DNA from: an uncultured delta proteobacterium
GTDB taxonomy: Bacteria > Myxococcota_A > Polyangia > Fen-1088
Reading direction: 5' to 3'
Length of the DNA stretch: 64,000 nt
NCBI GenBank assembly: GCA_963755125.1
Contig: CAVWIP010000010.1
Location: forward strand, 256,001 to 320,000
Positions 30,890 to 42,600 of the stretch are shown in pieces (the first letter of the stretch is position 1; every line of letters starts with the position of its first letter). Made by a program: the position numbers and the translations under genes. Under the pieces are notes generated by a model. It was not told the DNA's origin. It was given only the letters and a program-made list of their open reading frames with translations, and did no database searches.

Positions 30890-31615
30890 TCACAGCGCAG
30901 GGAGCGCATCCCGACGCCGCCAGTGCACCGTAACCTGCGGGCTCTCGACCACCAGGGCCGCGAGGTAGCCAGGGGCCGGTTCCAGGGATCGAACGGCGTA
31001 CGTCTCCGGGGCTCTGGGCGCTCCTTCCACCCGGATGAGCCTGGCCGGCTCGCCGGGTGCCAGGCTCACGTCGAATGAATCGAGTGACCTCGACAGTCCC
31101 TCGCCCAGCGCCTTGAGAAAGGCTTCCTTGCGTGTCCAGCCAGCGAAGAACGCCCACCTGCGCTGCGCCGCCGGCAGGGAAGCCAGGGCGGCCTGCTCGA
31201 CGGGCGAGAAACAGGTCTTGACCAGGTCCTCCATGTCGCCGACATCGCGGATTTCTTCGACGTCGACGCCAACCTCCCGGTTCGCGCTCACGGCCACAAG
31301 CGCGATGAGGCCGGAATGGGACAGATTGAAACGCAAGCGTTCGGGAGGCGCCAGTCGGGGCTTCCCGTCGCTGCTGCTAGAAAACACGACGGCCTCCGGA
31401 CTGGTGCCCAGGTAGCCGGCCAGAACCAGGCGGAGCAGTCCGTGGGCGGCCAGGTAGCGCCGGCAGTCGGGGCTGAAGACGAAGCGCTCGGCGCGCGCCG
31501 CCTCGTCAGCCGAGATCACGCGGCCCAGCCGCTGCAGTTCAGCCTCCGGCACATCGAGAGACAGCGACCAGACGTGCACGTCGTCCGCCGCCAGACGCAG
31601 AAGATCCTCAGTCAT
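30890..31615 (-). CDS. Sfp-type 4'-phosphopantetheinyl transferase
   Basis: Real gene is the C-terminal part of the 736-aa ORF, starting MTEDLL; VHVW, DGKP, FNLSHS, VGVDVE, WTRKEAFLKALGEGL. Confidence 0.92.
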   Translation of the reverse strand: MTEDLLRLAADDVHVWSLSLDVPEAELQRLGRVISADEAARAERFVFSPDCRRYLAAHGLLRLVLAGYLGTSPEAVVFSSSSDGKPRLAPPERLRFNLSHSGLIALVAVSANREVGVDVEEIRDVGDMEDLVKTCFSPVEQAALASLPAAQRRWAFFAGWTRKEAFLKALGEGLSRSLDSFDVSLAPGEPARLIRVEGAPRAPETYAVRSLEPAPGYLAALVVESPQVTVHWRRRDALPAL

Positions 31616-31786
31616 GAGATGGGCGATTGGTTGTCGGTGCCGCGGCCAAAGTCGCGGGCTCGTCTGTTGAGAATAGCAACGGGAATCGCCAGATCTTGCC
31701 ACCGTATTGCATCGAGTGGCAGTCACGTTGACGATGATTTCATCGAAAACGCGATGGGGTAGACTGTTGCGCCTTCCAGACACGCC

Positions 31787-32578
31787 ATGAGACCCTTCTT
31801 CTTTGGCCGCTCTGAGCGCCTTCTCTTCGGCACCTACCACGCGCCTGCCGTCCGGTCCCCGCGTCCAGGTGCTGTGTTGCTGTGCAACCCTTTCGGCCAG
31901 GACGCCATCTATGCTCACCGGATCTACGCGACGCTGGCCGCAAAATTGAGCAAGCTCGGCCAACATGTCCTGCGCTTCGACTACTACGGAACCGGTGACT
32001 CGGCCGGCGAGGTCGAGGAAGGCAGCCAGGCAGCGTGGCTCGAGGATATCCTCGAGGCTCACCAGGAGTTGCTGGCGTCGAGCGGCGCTTCGCGCGTGAT
32101 TTGGGTGGGGTTGCGCTACGGCGCCACGCTGGCGGTGCTGGCCAGCCAGTCCCTGCCTCGCGCACTCGCGAGCCTGATTCTCTGGGATCCGGTCGTGGAT
32201 GGGACGGCCTACCTGCAAGAACTCGCGCAAGCGCACGCCACCTTCATGCAGCAAGAGCTGCGCGGCTGGCGGCCTTCGCCAGCGGAAGACTGTCAAGCAC
32301 TGGGCTTTCCGCTCGGCCCCGACCTGAAGCGCGCGATCGCGGCCATCGATCTCGCCGCGCTCTGCCCGCCCAAGGCGCGCCAGGTGACCGTGCTGAGCAC
32401 CAGCCAGAAAGCCGGCCTCGATCGCTTCCGCCAGGCGGTGACTGGCTGGAGTGGTGCCGCACGCTGGATGGAGATGATCAGCAACTCGCCCTGGAACTCG
32501 GACGAGGCCATGAATACCTTGCTGGTGCCCATGGACGTGCTCGACGCCATGATCGCGCGAATCCAGGAGATCCGATGA
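31787..32578 (+). CDS. alpha/beta-hydrolase fold protein with non-catalytic elbow (GLRYG), 'hydrolase 2'-like
   Basis: LLCNPFGQD, LRFDYYGTGDSAG, VGLRYGA, LWDPVVDG. Confidence 0.82.
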   Translation: MRPFFFGRSERLLFGTYHAPAVRSPRPGAVLLCNPFGQDAIYAHRIYATLAAKLSKLGQHVLRFDYYGTGDSAGEVEEGSQAAWLEDILEAHQELLASSGASRVIWVGLRYGATLAVLASQSLPRALASLILWDPVVDGTAYLQELAQAHATFMQQELRGWRPSPAEDCQALGFPLGPDLKRAIAAIDLAALCPPKARQVTVLSTSQKAGLDRFRQAVTGWSGAARWMEMISNSPWNSDEAMNTLLVPMDVLDAMIARIQEIR

Positions 32579-33468
32579 AGGAGCGAATCGCGCAGTTTGG
32601 GCCAGGACAGACCCTGATGGGGATCGAGACGCCCGGTGCGCCGAACCAGAGCCATCCGGCTCGACCGACGTGGGTCTTTCCCAACGCCGGCGTCGTCCAT
32701 CGGGCGGGACCGCACCGCTTGACCGTGAAGCTGGCCCGTCGGGTTGCCCTGGCCGGCTTCCCGGCGCTGCGCTTCGACCTTTCGGGTTTGGGGGACAGCC
32801 GTGCGCGGAGTGCGACGACATTCGAGCAGGCGGCGGTCCAAGACATTCGCGACGCCATGGATCATCTGGAGCAGACGACCAAGGCAAGCCGGTTCGTGCT
32901 GTGCGGGCTGTGCTCGGGCGCCGACAACAGCGTCCGGGCCGCGCTGGCTGACCCGCGTATCGCGGCCATTGCCTTGCTCGACCCCTATGCCTATCGCACC
33001 ATCGGCTTCCACCTGCGCCGGCTCGTGCGACGGGCGAGTAGCCCGGCGTCGTGGCAGACCCTGGCCGCCCGGATGGGAGGCGTGCTGCGGCGACAGCCAC
33101 GGCCTGCCCTTGCCAGCGATGCCGAGTCCGATGGCGCCCCGCCGCGGCCCATGTACGGTCGCCCTTTCCCCGAGCGAAGCGCCTTCGCGGCCGACTTGCG
33201 ACGCATCGTCGATCGCGGGACCCACATCTTCATCGTCTACTCGGGCGGCATGGACGAACTTTACAATCACGCGGGACAGTTCAAGGCCGCTTTTCGACGT
33301 TATCGTCTCGGCGAACGAATTCGGACGGAATTCCTGCCCGCCTGCAACCACACATATACGGAAATAGCACAGCAGCGTCGACTGGGTGATTTGCTGGTCG
33401 CCTGGGCCGAGGGGCTGTTCCCCGCCGCTTCCGCGAACCCGCGGCGTCAGGTCGGGCCGGTGGGTTGA
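32575..33468 (+). CDS. alpha/beta-hydrolase fold protein with Cys elbow (GLCSG), 'hydrolase 1'-like
   Basis: NAGVVHRAGPHR, LRFDLSGLGDS, GLCSGAD, C-terminal NHTY His; ATGA-coupled to the upstream hydrolase. Confidence 0.82.
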   Translation: MKERIAQFGPGQTLMGIETPGAPNQSHPARPTWVFPNAGVVHRAGPHRLTVKLARRVALAGFPALRFDLSGLGDSRARSATTFEQAAVQDIRDAMDHLEQTTKASRFVLCGLCSGADNSVRAALADPRIAAIALLDPYAYRTIGFHLRRLVRRASSPASWQTLAARMGGVLRRQPRPALASDAESDGAPPRPMYGRPFPERSAFAADLRRIVDRGTHIFIVYSGGMDELYNHAGQFKAAFRRYRLGERIRTEFLPACNHTYTEIAQQRRLGDLLVAWAEGLFPAASANPRRQVGPVG

Positions 33469-36400
33469 GCCGCTGGCCCGCAGTGGGCCGCGAGCTGTTC
33501 CAGCGTCTCGAAGACCACCGATCGCAAGCTCAGACGATGGCCGGTGCGCTTACACAACTGCGCCACCATCTGTGCCGATAACAGCGAGTGGCCTCCCAGG
33601 GCGAAGAAGTTGTCACGCACGGAAACCCTCTCGACCTTGAGCATCTCGCGCCACAGAGCCGCGATCGCTCGCTCCACCTCGGTACGCGGCTCGACGTGTT
33701 CCTCGCCGGCCAATGCCTCCTGGGCGAAGGGAGGTGGAAGCGTACGGCGGTCGACCTTGCCATTCGCGGTCAAGGGCAGGGTTTCCAGCTCCACGAAGAT
33801 ATGGGGCAACATGTAGTCTGGCAGCTTGCTGGCCAGGCGCCGCCGCATCTCGCTTCCGGTTCGGGTTTGCCTCGGCTGGTAGACGACATAGGCAACGATG
33901 CGCGTGTCGCCGAGCGCATCGGTATGAACCGTGACCGCCGCCTTGCGCACGCTGGCATCGTCCATCAGCACCGCTTCGATCTCGCCTAGTTCAATGCGAA
34001 AGCCGCGCACCTTGACCTGGAAGTCGGTCCGGCCCAAGCACTCGAGCAGTCCGTCCGCCCGCCAGCGGCCGAGGTCGCCGGTCCGGTACATCCGTGCCCC
34101 TGGGGTCGAACTGAACGGATCGGCGATGAATCGTTCGCTGGTGAGCTCGGGACGATTCAAGTAGCCGAGAGCCACGCCATCACCGCCGATGTAGATTTCT
34201 CCCGGTACTCCTATTGGGCAGAGCTGATGCTGGGAATCGAGGATCCAGATCGAAGTGTTGGCGATGGGGCGCCCGATGGAGATGCCTTGGCGTGGCTGGG
34301 CGACGCGCCAACAGGTGGACCACACCGTGGTCTCGGTGGGTCCGTACATGTTCCACAACTCGCCCACCCGCGTGAGCAGCGACTCGGCCAGGTCCAGCGA
34401 CAGCGCTTCCCCGCCACACAGCGCCTTGAACCCCCGACGGCCCTGCCACCCACTCTCGATCAGCAAACGCCAGGTGGCTGGAGTGGCCTGCATCACCGTG
34501 ACCTGGCCCATCTCCAGCAGTTGCTGCAGAGCCATGCCGTCGAGTGCGTCGTCGTGACTGGCCAGCACCACCTGGGCCCCCACGCTCAACGGCAGCATCA
34601 GCTCGAGCAGGGCGATGTCGAAGGAAAGCGTGGTCACGGCCAGCAACCGGTCGTCAGGGCCCAGCCCCGGCTCGCGCTGCATGCTGGTCAGAAAGTTGAC
34701 CGCCGCGCGGTGAGAAACCCGAACACCCTTGGGCCTGCCGGTGGACCCCGATGTGTACAGCACGTACGCCACGTCCTCGGCGCGAGCCGCTTGCTGGTCG
34801 CTGGCCAGCGGGCTGTCCCGGTCGGGTTCGTCAGCAGCCGTGTCGAGCGCAAGCGTCCGCTCTGCCGCGCAGCCATGGCACACAGCCAACTCCGACTCGG
34901 AGACGACCAAAGCCAGCCCAGAATCTTCAATCATGAATGCCAGGCGGTCGGCAGGAAAAGCTGGATCGAGCGGGATGTAGCCTGCGCCCGCCTTGAGCAC
35001 AGCCAGCAGCGCGGCCACCATGTCGACCGAACGCTCCAGACACAGCCCCACCAGCATCCCGCGACCGACTCCGCGGCGGCGGAGCGCGTGGGCCAGCCGA
35101 TTGGCGCGGGCTTCGAGCTCCGCGAAGCTGACCTGTTGCTCCCCCAAGCGGATCGCGATCCGTTGCGGAGTCCGCTCCGCTTGGCTGGCGAACAGCTCAT
35201 GCACGGTGAGGTGAGCGGGGTAGTCGCGCTCCGTGCGATTGAATCCCTTGCTCGCGAGGCTGATCTCATCGCCAGGCAACAGCGCCAGTTTGTCCACCGC
35301 GGTTGCAGGCGCGCTGCAGCCGTCTCGCAGCACGCACTCGATCTCGCGCAATCGCCAGTCGAGCCAGGCCTGCGTGTAAAGATCGGAGTTGGCGTGGGCC
35401 AGAAGTTGCAGCCCCTCGCGCGATTCGATCGCGTTGAGGTCGAACTCGAACGTCTCGAAGCAGCGCGGGTTTAAGTGGTACTCCACCGAACAACCGGCGA
35501 AGACCAGCTTGCCGGGAGCGTATCGCTGGGCGTGAGTGAAAGTCGCGGCGATGAGTGGCACGCGGGACGGATCGTGCGGCACAGCGAGATGGGCGACGAT
35601 TTCGCCGAAGCTGACCGATGCGTTCTCGCGCGCGTCCAGGACTGCGGTGTGGATCGCGCGGCACAGATCCAGAAACGACAGACCCGGCTCGACGCGAGAG
35701 CGGACAGGCACCAGGTTTACCAGGTGTCCGACACAATCCTCCATCCCGACCTCCGGGTGCCCCGCCACGGGAATGCCGATGACCAGATCGTTCTGCCCCG
35801 AGATGCGGTGAAACAGGGCTGCGAAGGCCGACAGCAAGACCGAGAAGAAGCTCAGACCCTGCGCGCGAGAAAACTCCTTCACCCTGGCGAGAAGATCTGA
35901 CGGAAGGGCGTGCAACGAGTGCCGCGCGTCGTATGAGCGAAAGACAGGGCGATGGCCGTCATGGGGCAGGGCCAGAGGGGACGGCAGCACCTCGAAGGCC
36001 TTGCGCCAGAAGGCCCGGCTGGAGTCGATGCGGGCAGCATACTCCGGACTCTGGCAGTGTCTCACGTAGTCGGAGAAGCCGTGGCGCGGTGGCGTGGGAA
36101 GGGGAGCGCCGCCGACGAAGGCCGAGTAGAGTCGCCCGAGGTCAGCCAGCAACACATCCAGGGACCATCCGTCGCACACGGCATGGTTGGCGCTGAGCAT
36201 GACCACACGCTCCTGCGCGTCGAGCCGGACGATGGCTGCGCGAAAAAGCGGGCCACGGTGAAGGTCATAGGGCGTCGCCGCGTCCTCAACCTGGAGCCGC
36301 GCCAGCGAGGCAGCTCGTTCGCCGAGCGGCAGGCTGGAAAGATCGTGCCGGGCGATGGGGACCGTCATCGCAGGCTCGATGATGAAGCGCTCTCCGTCCT

Positions 36401-36665
36401 CGGAAAAGTGGCCGCGCAAGGCTTCGTGGCAGTCGGCGAGTGCCTGCAGTCCATCGAGCAGGGCATGGTCATCAACCGGACCGGTCAGGTGAATCGAGAA
36501 CGACTCGTGGTAGGCGCACACGGCTTCCGCGCCAGCCTGTGCCGACAGCCACATCTCACGCTGGGCAAAGGTGGATGCGACCTCGACGGTCGGCGCGGTG
36601 GAAAAGGGATCGTAGTCGACCCCGGAGCCCGGGCCGGAGTTCTGCACATTCTCCCCATCAGTCAT
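33447..36665 (-). CDS. NRPS module C-A(Gly)-T without thioesterase
   Basis: C: NHAVCDGWS; A: YTSGSTGRPKG, FDIA, GGE, NMYGPTETT, YRTGD, NGKVDR; PCP: FFALGGHSLL; protein ends shortly after the PCP. Confidence 0.93.
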   Translation of the reverse strand: MTDGENVQNSGPGSGVDYDPFSTAPTVEVASTFAQREMWLSAQAGAEAVCAYHESFSIHLTGPVDDHALLDGLQALADCHEALRGHFSEDGERFIIEPAMTVPIARHDLSSLPLGERAASLARLQVEDAATPYDLHRGPLFRAAIVRLDAQERVVMLSANHAVCDGWSLDVLLADLGRLYSAFVGGAPLPTPPRHGFSDYVRHCQSPEYAARIDSSRAFWRKAFEVLPSPLALPHDGHRPVFRSYDARHSLHALPSDLLARVKEFSRAQGLSFFSVLLSAFAALFHRISGQNDLVIGIPVAGHPEVGMEDCVGHLVNLVPVRSRVEPGLSFLDLCRAIHTAVLDARENASVSFGEIVAHLAVPHDPSRVPLIAATFTHAQRYAPGKLVFAGCSVEYHLNPRCFETFEFDLNAIESREGLQLLAHANSDLYTQAWLDWRLREIECVLRDGCSAPATAVDKLALLPGDEISLASKGFNRTERDYPAHLTVHELFASQAERTPQRIAIRLGEQQVSFAELEARANRLAHALRRRGVGRGMLVGLCLERSVDMVAALLAVLKAGAGYIPLDPAFPADRLAFMIEDSGLALVVSESELAVCHGCAAERTLALDTAADEPDRDSPLASDQQAARAEDVAYVLYTSGSTGRPKGVRVSHRAAVNFLTSMQREPGLGPDDRLLAVTTLSFDIALLELMLPLSVGAQVVLASHDDALDGMALQQLLEMGQVTVMQATPATWRLLIESGWQGRRGFKALCGGEALSLDLAESLLTRVGELWNMYGPTETTVWSTCWRVAQPRQGISIGRPIANTSIWILDSQHQLCPIGVPGEIYIGGDGVALGYLNRPELTSERFIADPFSSTPGARMYRTGDLGRWRADGLLECLGRTDFQVKVRGFRIELGEIEAVLMDDASVRKAAVTVHTDALGDTRIVAYVVYQPRQTRTGSEMRRRLASKLPDYMLPHIFVELETLPLTANGKVDRRTLPPPFAQEALAGEEHVEPRTEVERAIAALWREMLKVERVSVRDNFFALGGHSLLSAQMVAQLCKRTGHRLSLRSVVFETLEQLAAHCGPAAQPTGPT

Positions 36666-39600
36666 GGTTCTCTACCTTGAGGTACTTGCCTGGACGGTTT
36701 GGATCGGGCGCGAACCACGCGGGCCGGCCGTGCTCGTCATGGCCCAGCCGCGCGCCCGGCACGCGACCCTTGCTGGGTGCTGGTGCTGCCGAAGTGTCGC
36801 CCGCCTGCGGGACTCGTGCAGGCGCGCTGGCGGACGCTGGCGCTGCGCCGGCCGCAGACACAGGGCGAGTCGTGCGCGAGTCGACAGCGGGAGCACCGGG
36901 AGCCGCCGCACGCGCAGCGCGAATGGCATCGGCCAGCAGCTTTGGGGTCGAGTAGCGTTCGCTGAGCTGGCGGAAGGTCACGGCAAAATCGAGCCGCACG
37001 CGCACCATGCGGGCGAGCTGCGTGACTAGCAGCGAGTCGAGCCCCAGCGCAATGAACTGCGCTTCCTCGTCGAACGACTCAATCTTGGCACCCAGTGCTT
37101 CCTCCAGCAGAGCCACCAGCGCTGTCATCACCTCGTCACGCTTGCCCATCTCCTGCTCGCCGTTGCTCGCGGGCCCCGGAGCGGCCGGCGCTACCGGCTG
37201 AGATCTGGATGCCGCTTCCAACCCGAACCGGGCGGTGTTGCCGGGCTCGATCCAGTAGCGCTTGCGCTGGAAGGGATAGCCCGGCAGCGCCACGCGCCGA
37301 CGCTGCTCATGATCGTGAAAAGCGCGCCAGTCGACCGTGCACCCGTTGAGCCAGAGCGCTCCCAGACCGAGGAGTACGCTGGTATATTCGTCGTCGGGTT
37401 CGGCACTATCGGGCATGCAGGAAATCACGCGGCTCGGGTTGGCCGGGCGGTGCTGGTGAGCGAGCGCCACGCACGTGCGGCGCGGGCCACATTCCACCAT
37501 GACCTGCTGGCTGTCTTGTAGCAGCACCTGCACAGCCTTCGAGAACTGCACCGGTGAGCGCAGGTGTCCCGCCCAGTACGAAGGGTCCGTCACCTGGGAA
37601 GGCGCGATCCAGTCGCCGGTCACGGTGGACACGAAAGGAATGCGCGGGGCCGACAGACGCACGCTCTCGACGGTTCGCAGAAATGGTTCGACCACCGGAT
37701 CCATCATCGACGAGTGAAAGGCGTGCGAGGTGTGCAGCATCCGGCACATGGCACCGTCGGCCGAGAGCTGGTCGCTCAGCCTGTGCAGGGTTTCGCTTGG
37801 GCCCGCCACGACGCAAAGCTGTGGTCCGTTCACCGCCGCAAGATCGGCGCCTGGGGGCAAGCGCCCTGCAAGCTTCTCCACGGGTAGCCGCACCGAGAGC
37901 ATCGAGCCCGCGGGCAGGCCCTGCATGAGCCGGCCACGGGTGGCCACCAGTCGCAAGGCCTCGTCCAGCTCCATCACGCCGGAAAGCGTCGCGGCGACGA
38001 ACTCGCCGATGCTGTGACCGATGAAGGCCGAGGGTTCGATGCCCCAGTGCATGAGCAGCGAGGCCAGCGCATAGGAGACGGTGAAGATCGCCGGTTGCGT
38101 GTAGAAGGTGTTGTTGAGCGACTGGGTGGCTGTCTCTGCGTCGGCGGGATCGGGGAACAGGAACGCGCGCAGATCGCAGCCGAGATGGGGCGCAAGCGCC
38201 TTCGCACAACGGTCCACCATTTCGCGGAACGGCTCCTCACCCTGGTACAACCGCAGCCCCATGTTGATGTACTGCGAACCCTGTCCGGGGAACATGAAGG
38301 CTACCGGTGGGCTGTCCGACTCCGATTTCAGCAATAGCGAGAGCGGACTCGATGCCTGGCTCAGGACGTCTTGTGCATCGTGTGCCGTGCGCACCACCGC
38401 GCAGCGACGGTACTCGAAGCGCTTGCGTCCCACCTGGGTCGTGAAGGCCGCGTCGGCCAGCTCCTCCTGACTCGCTCCCTGCAGCGCCACCGACAGCCGT
38501 TGCGCCGCTTGGTCGAGGGCCTGCGGGCTGCGCGCCGAGAGCAGAACCAGTTGCGCCGGCCGCGCCGGAGACGATGATGGCTCGCTTGCCGGCGCCTCTT
38601 GCAACACGACGTGGGCGTTGGTCCCGCAGAATCCGAAGCTGCTCACGCTCGCGCGACGGGGGATGCCTCGCGGCTCCCAGTCGATGAGCCTGGTGTTGAC
38701 GAAAAATGGGCTCGTGGCGAAATCGATGCGCGGATTGGGTGTGGTGAAGTGCAGGGTTGGCGGAATCTTGCGATGGCGGAGCGCCAGCACGACCTTGAGA
38801 ACGCCCGCGATGCCCGCCGCCGTGGTGGCATGGCCGAAATTGCCCTTGATCGAGCCGAGCGCGCAGTAGTTCCTTCGCTGCGTAAAGGTGCGGAACACGC
38901 GGGTCAGTGACTCGACCTCGATGGGATCGCCGATGGGCGTTGCCGTGCCGTGCGCCTCGACGTAAGTGATGGTGTCGGGATTGACGTCGCCCAAAGCCAG
39001 CGCCGATGCGATCACGCGTGCCTGCCCCTCCACCGAAGGCGCCAGGTAGCTGACCTTGCGTCCCCCGTCGTGGTTGACCGCTGCGCCCTTGATGATCGCG
39101 TGAATGGTGTCGCGGTCGCGGAGCGCATCGTCGAGCCGCTTGAGTACGATGGCTCCCGCTCCTTCGCCGAACATGGTGCCGGTGGCCGCGGCGTCGAAAG
39201 GCCGGCAGTGGCCGTCGATGCTGAACACGCCGCCTTCCTCGTAGCGCTGGCCGCTCTTCTGCGGGGTACGGATGTCCACTCCGCCCGCCAGGGCCACGTC
39301 CACCTGATGAGACACCAGCGCCTGGTACGCGTTCTCCACCACCACCAGGGTGGTCGAGCAGGCCGTGTGCACGCTCAGGCTGGGACCGGTCAGGTTCAGC
39401 TTGTGCGACACGCGCGGAGCGATGTGATCCTTTTCATTGGCGATCTCCGCGGTGATCTCGCCCATCACCGCCAGCTTGTCGGGTCGGGTGAGCACGTTGT
39501 AGTGGTAGTAGAAATTGTTGCCCATGCCGGCCCACACGCCCACTGGGCCGTCGATGTTCTCCCCCACGTGTCCGGCGTTCTCGAACGCCTCCCAGGCGAC

Positions 39601-42600
39601 TTCCATGAAGACGCGCAACTGGGGGTCCATGAGCTCGGCCTCATTCGGGTTGATGCCGAAGAAAGCCGCGTCGAACAGGTCCACGTCTTCCAGCACGCCG
39701 CGGGCGGGAATGTAGTTCGCATCGTTGCGATCGTGCGCCGGGACCAGAGGATCGAGTTCGTCGCGGCGAAAGAAGGTGACTGTCTCGCGCCCCTCGCACA
39801 GATTCTCCCAGAGCTGCTCCAGGCTCCGCGCGCCGGGGAAGCGGCCGGCCGCTCCCACGATGGCCACGTCGAACGCGGTCTGAGATGCTGCTGCCCGCCG
39901 CCGGGTCTGGGCGCGCTGGTACGCCTCGCGCACACATTTGCAATCGGCTTGACTTCCCCTGAGAAACTGGGCGAGCGCCGCGATGGTGGGATGTTCGAAG
40001 ATCCTGAGCACCGGAAGCTCCACTCCCAAGCGCTGTGTGATCTGCTGCGCCACCGAAAAAGCAGCCAGCGACGTCCCCCCGAGCTCGAAGAAGTTGTCGT
40101 TGACGCTCGCCGTGTTGGTGGACAAGACGCTGCACCAGATGTCCAGAAGAGCACGCTCGACGTCGCTACGAGGCAATGCTGGAGTTGCCCGCGCGGCGGC
40201 GGCCGGACGCTCGCCGTCGGGCGCCGGGAGCGTCTTGCGGTCCACCTTGCCGTTGGGAGTGAGGGGAAGCGCGTCGAGCCGGGCGAAGCGCGAGGGAATC
40301 ATGTACGCGGGCAGGGCGGCGCCGCAGTGCTGGCGCAGTTCGGCCACGCTCGGTTCCGGCGCGGCGGGTTTGAGCACGTAGTAGGCAACCAACTCCGGGT
40401 TCTCGGGGTCATCGCGGCGAACGATGCACACCACCTGTTCAATGCCGGCAAAGCTGGACAAGCGCGTCTCGATCTCGCCCAGCTCGATGCGGAAGCCGCG
40501 AAGCTTCACCTGGGAATCGCTGCGACCGACGATGGTGAGCAGCCCCTGGTGGTCGAAGCGGGCCCGATCGCCCGTGTCGTACATGCGTCCCTCCGCCCTG
40601 AACGGGTCAGCCAGGAAACGCTTGCTGGTCATCTGTTCATCGTGCAAGTACCCGAGCGCGACCCCGGCGCCCCCGATGAAGAGCTGTCCCTCCACCCCGG
40701 CGGGCACCGGACGTCGGTGGTCATCGAGAACGTACACATAGGTGTTGTGAATGGGGGTGCCCACGGAGATCGCTGCGTGCGGATCGTCGATGCGATGGCA
40801 CGTCGACCACACCGTGGTCTCGGTCGGACCGTACATGTTCCACAAGGCGCGCACGCGCGGCGCCAGCGCCTGTGCAAGTGCGGGCGCCAGGGCTTCCCCG
40901 CCGCACAGAGCAGTCAGTGCCTTGTCCCCCGACCAGCCGGAAGCGCAGAGCATCTGCCAGGTGATGGGCGTGGCCTGCAGCAGGGTGATCGGATGCGCCT
41001 GCAGCAGTGCCGCCAACAGCCGTGGATCGCGAGCTTCCTCTTCCGTGGCAATCACCACCGTGGCCCCGGCGCACAGGGGCGCCAAAAGTTCCAGCACGGC
41101 GATGTCGAAGGACAGGGTGGTGACCGAGCACAGGGTGTCGTCGTGGCGAATGCCAGGCCGCCGCAGCATGCTCAAGAGAAAGTTGGCCACCGCGCCCCGA
41201 GAAACCGCCACCCCCTTCGGCCTCCCGGTGGAGCCCGATGTGTAGATGACATACGCCTTCGCCGCGACCGGCGGGCGGGCGGGCTCTGGTGCGCGACCGG
41301 CCGGCTGGCAACCGTCGTCAAGCTCGATGAAGCGGACGTCTTGACAGTCGCACAGCGGACGCAATGCCTTGCTGGTGATCACATGCGCCAGGCGGGAGTG
41401 CTCGACCATGTAGCTCAGCCGCTCGCGTGGGAAGGCGGGATCCAGCGGCACGTAGGCATTGCCACAGCGAAGCACCGCCAACATCGCGGCGACCATGTCG
41501 GACGAGCGAGGAAGGCAGATGCCCACCAGATCCTGCTCGGCGACTCCAGCCTCGGACAGACGGGCGGCGACCGACTCGACGGCACGCAAGAGATCGGCGT
41601 AGCTCAGCGACCTCCCGTTGCACACCAGAGCGTTCTGGTGGTTGGCCGGGTTGCAATGGCGTGTCGCTATCGAATAGAGGTCCTGATTCAGGAATGAGGG
41701 CTCGTCGGTGCGGTTGACGTCGATCACCAGCGCTGCCCGTTCCCGTTCGGCGAGCACAGGGAGGCTGGATAGATCGCGCTGCGGCTCGCGCAAGGCAGCC
41801 GTGAGGAACGCTGAAATGGATCGGCCCAGCGAGGCGGCCATCTCGTCGTGGATGATCTCGGTCGCGTAGGCCAGTCGCAGGGTGTCGGGCGCGAACTGCA
41901 GGAACAGGTCGACGTGTTGCGGGGGTACCGGAACCGCGCGGGAACGACAATCGCACCCGTCGAACTGCAAGAGCAAATGCCGATCTTCGACGCATGCGAT
42001 CTGGAAAAGGGGATTGGCCGATGGATCGGTTCGGGCCGCGCACTGCTTGACCACCGCATGGAAGGGAATTGCGGCGAAGGGCCGCGCGGCCGAGTAACTG
42101 GCGGCAAAGCTGGACGCCAGCGCCGCGAAAGTGGGGGCAGCGGCGGCGAACCCCAGCGGCAGCATCGCGGTGTGGCTTCCCAAAAGCACCTGCTCGGAGT
42201 GAGCCGGACGCAAACAAAAAGGCATTCCGATGGCGAGTTTTTGCTGTCCGCAATACTGGGCAAGGACGTAGGCCGCGGCGGTGGACTGCAGGGTGAAGGG
42301 GTCCAGGCCCCACGGCCGCCCCACCTCGGAAAGCAGACGCGTCGTCGCATGTTCGAACGCGATTTCGACAGACGCGGCGTCGACCGACAGGATCCTTGGC
42401 CGGGTCGTCTTCAGCGGAAATCCGTGAAGCGCCGGCACGTCGGCCAGCCCCGCGGCGAGATGGCGCGCACCCTCGACCACGAGATCTTCATATGCGTCGC
42501 CGCTGTACAAGGGTGCTGCGTCGATGGCGCTGGCACGCGAAGGCCCCGAGTCTGCAGGGTCGGCATGGTAGAGCTGCGAAACTTCCGCTGCAAAGAGATC

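Noticed and set aside
31660..31735. sigma54 promoters in the PPTase/hydrolase divergent region
   Set aside because: Candidates have GG-N11-GC spacing or TTGA at -12 and do not meet the strict consensus.
30890..33100. 736-aa ORF as a PPTase fusion protein
   Set aside because: Only the last 241 aa are PPTase. The rest is the antisense shadow of the two plus-strand hydrolase genes.
38950..41697. 915-aa plus-strand ORF and other long antisense ORFs (e.g. 11893-13074, 34227-35474, 50005-51345)
   Set aside because: Shadow frames opposite well-supported genes, as expected at high GC; no motifs.
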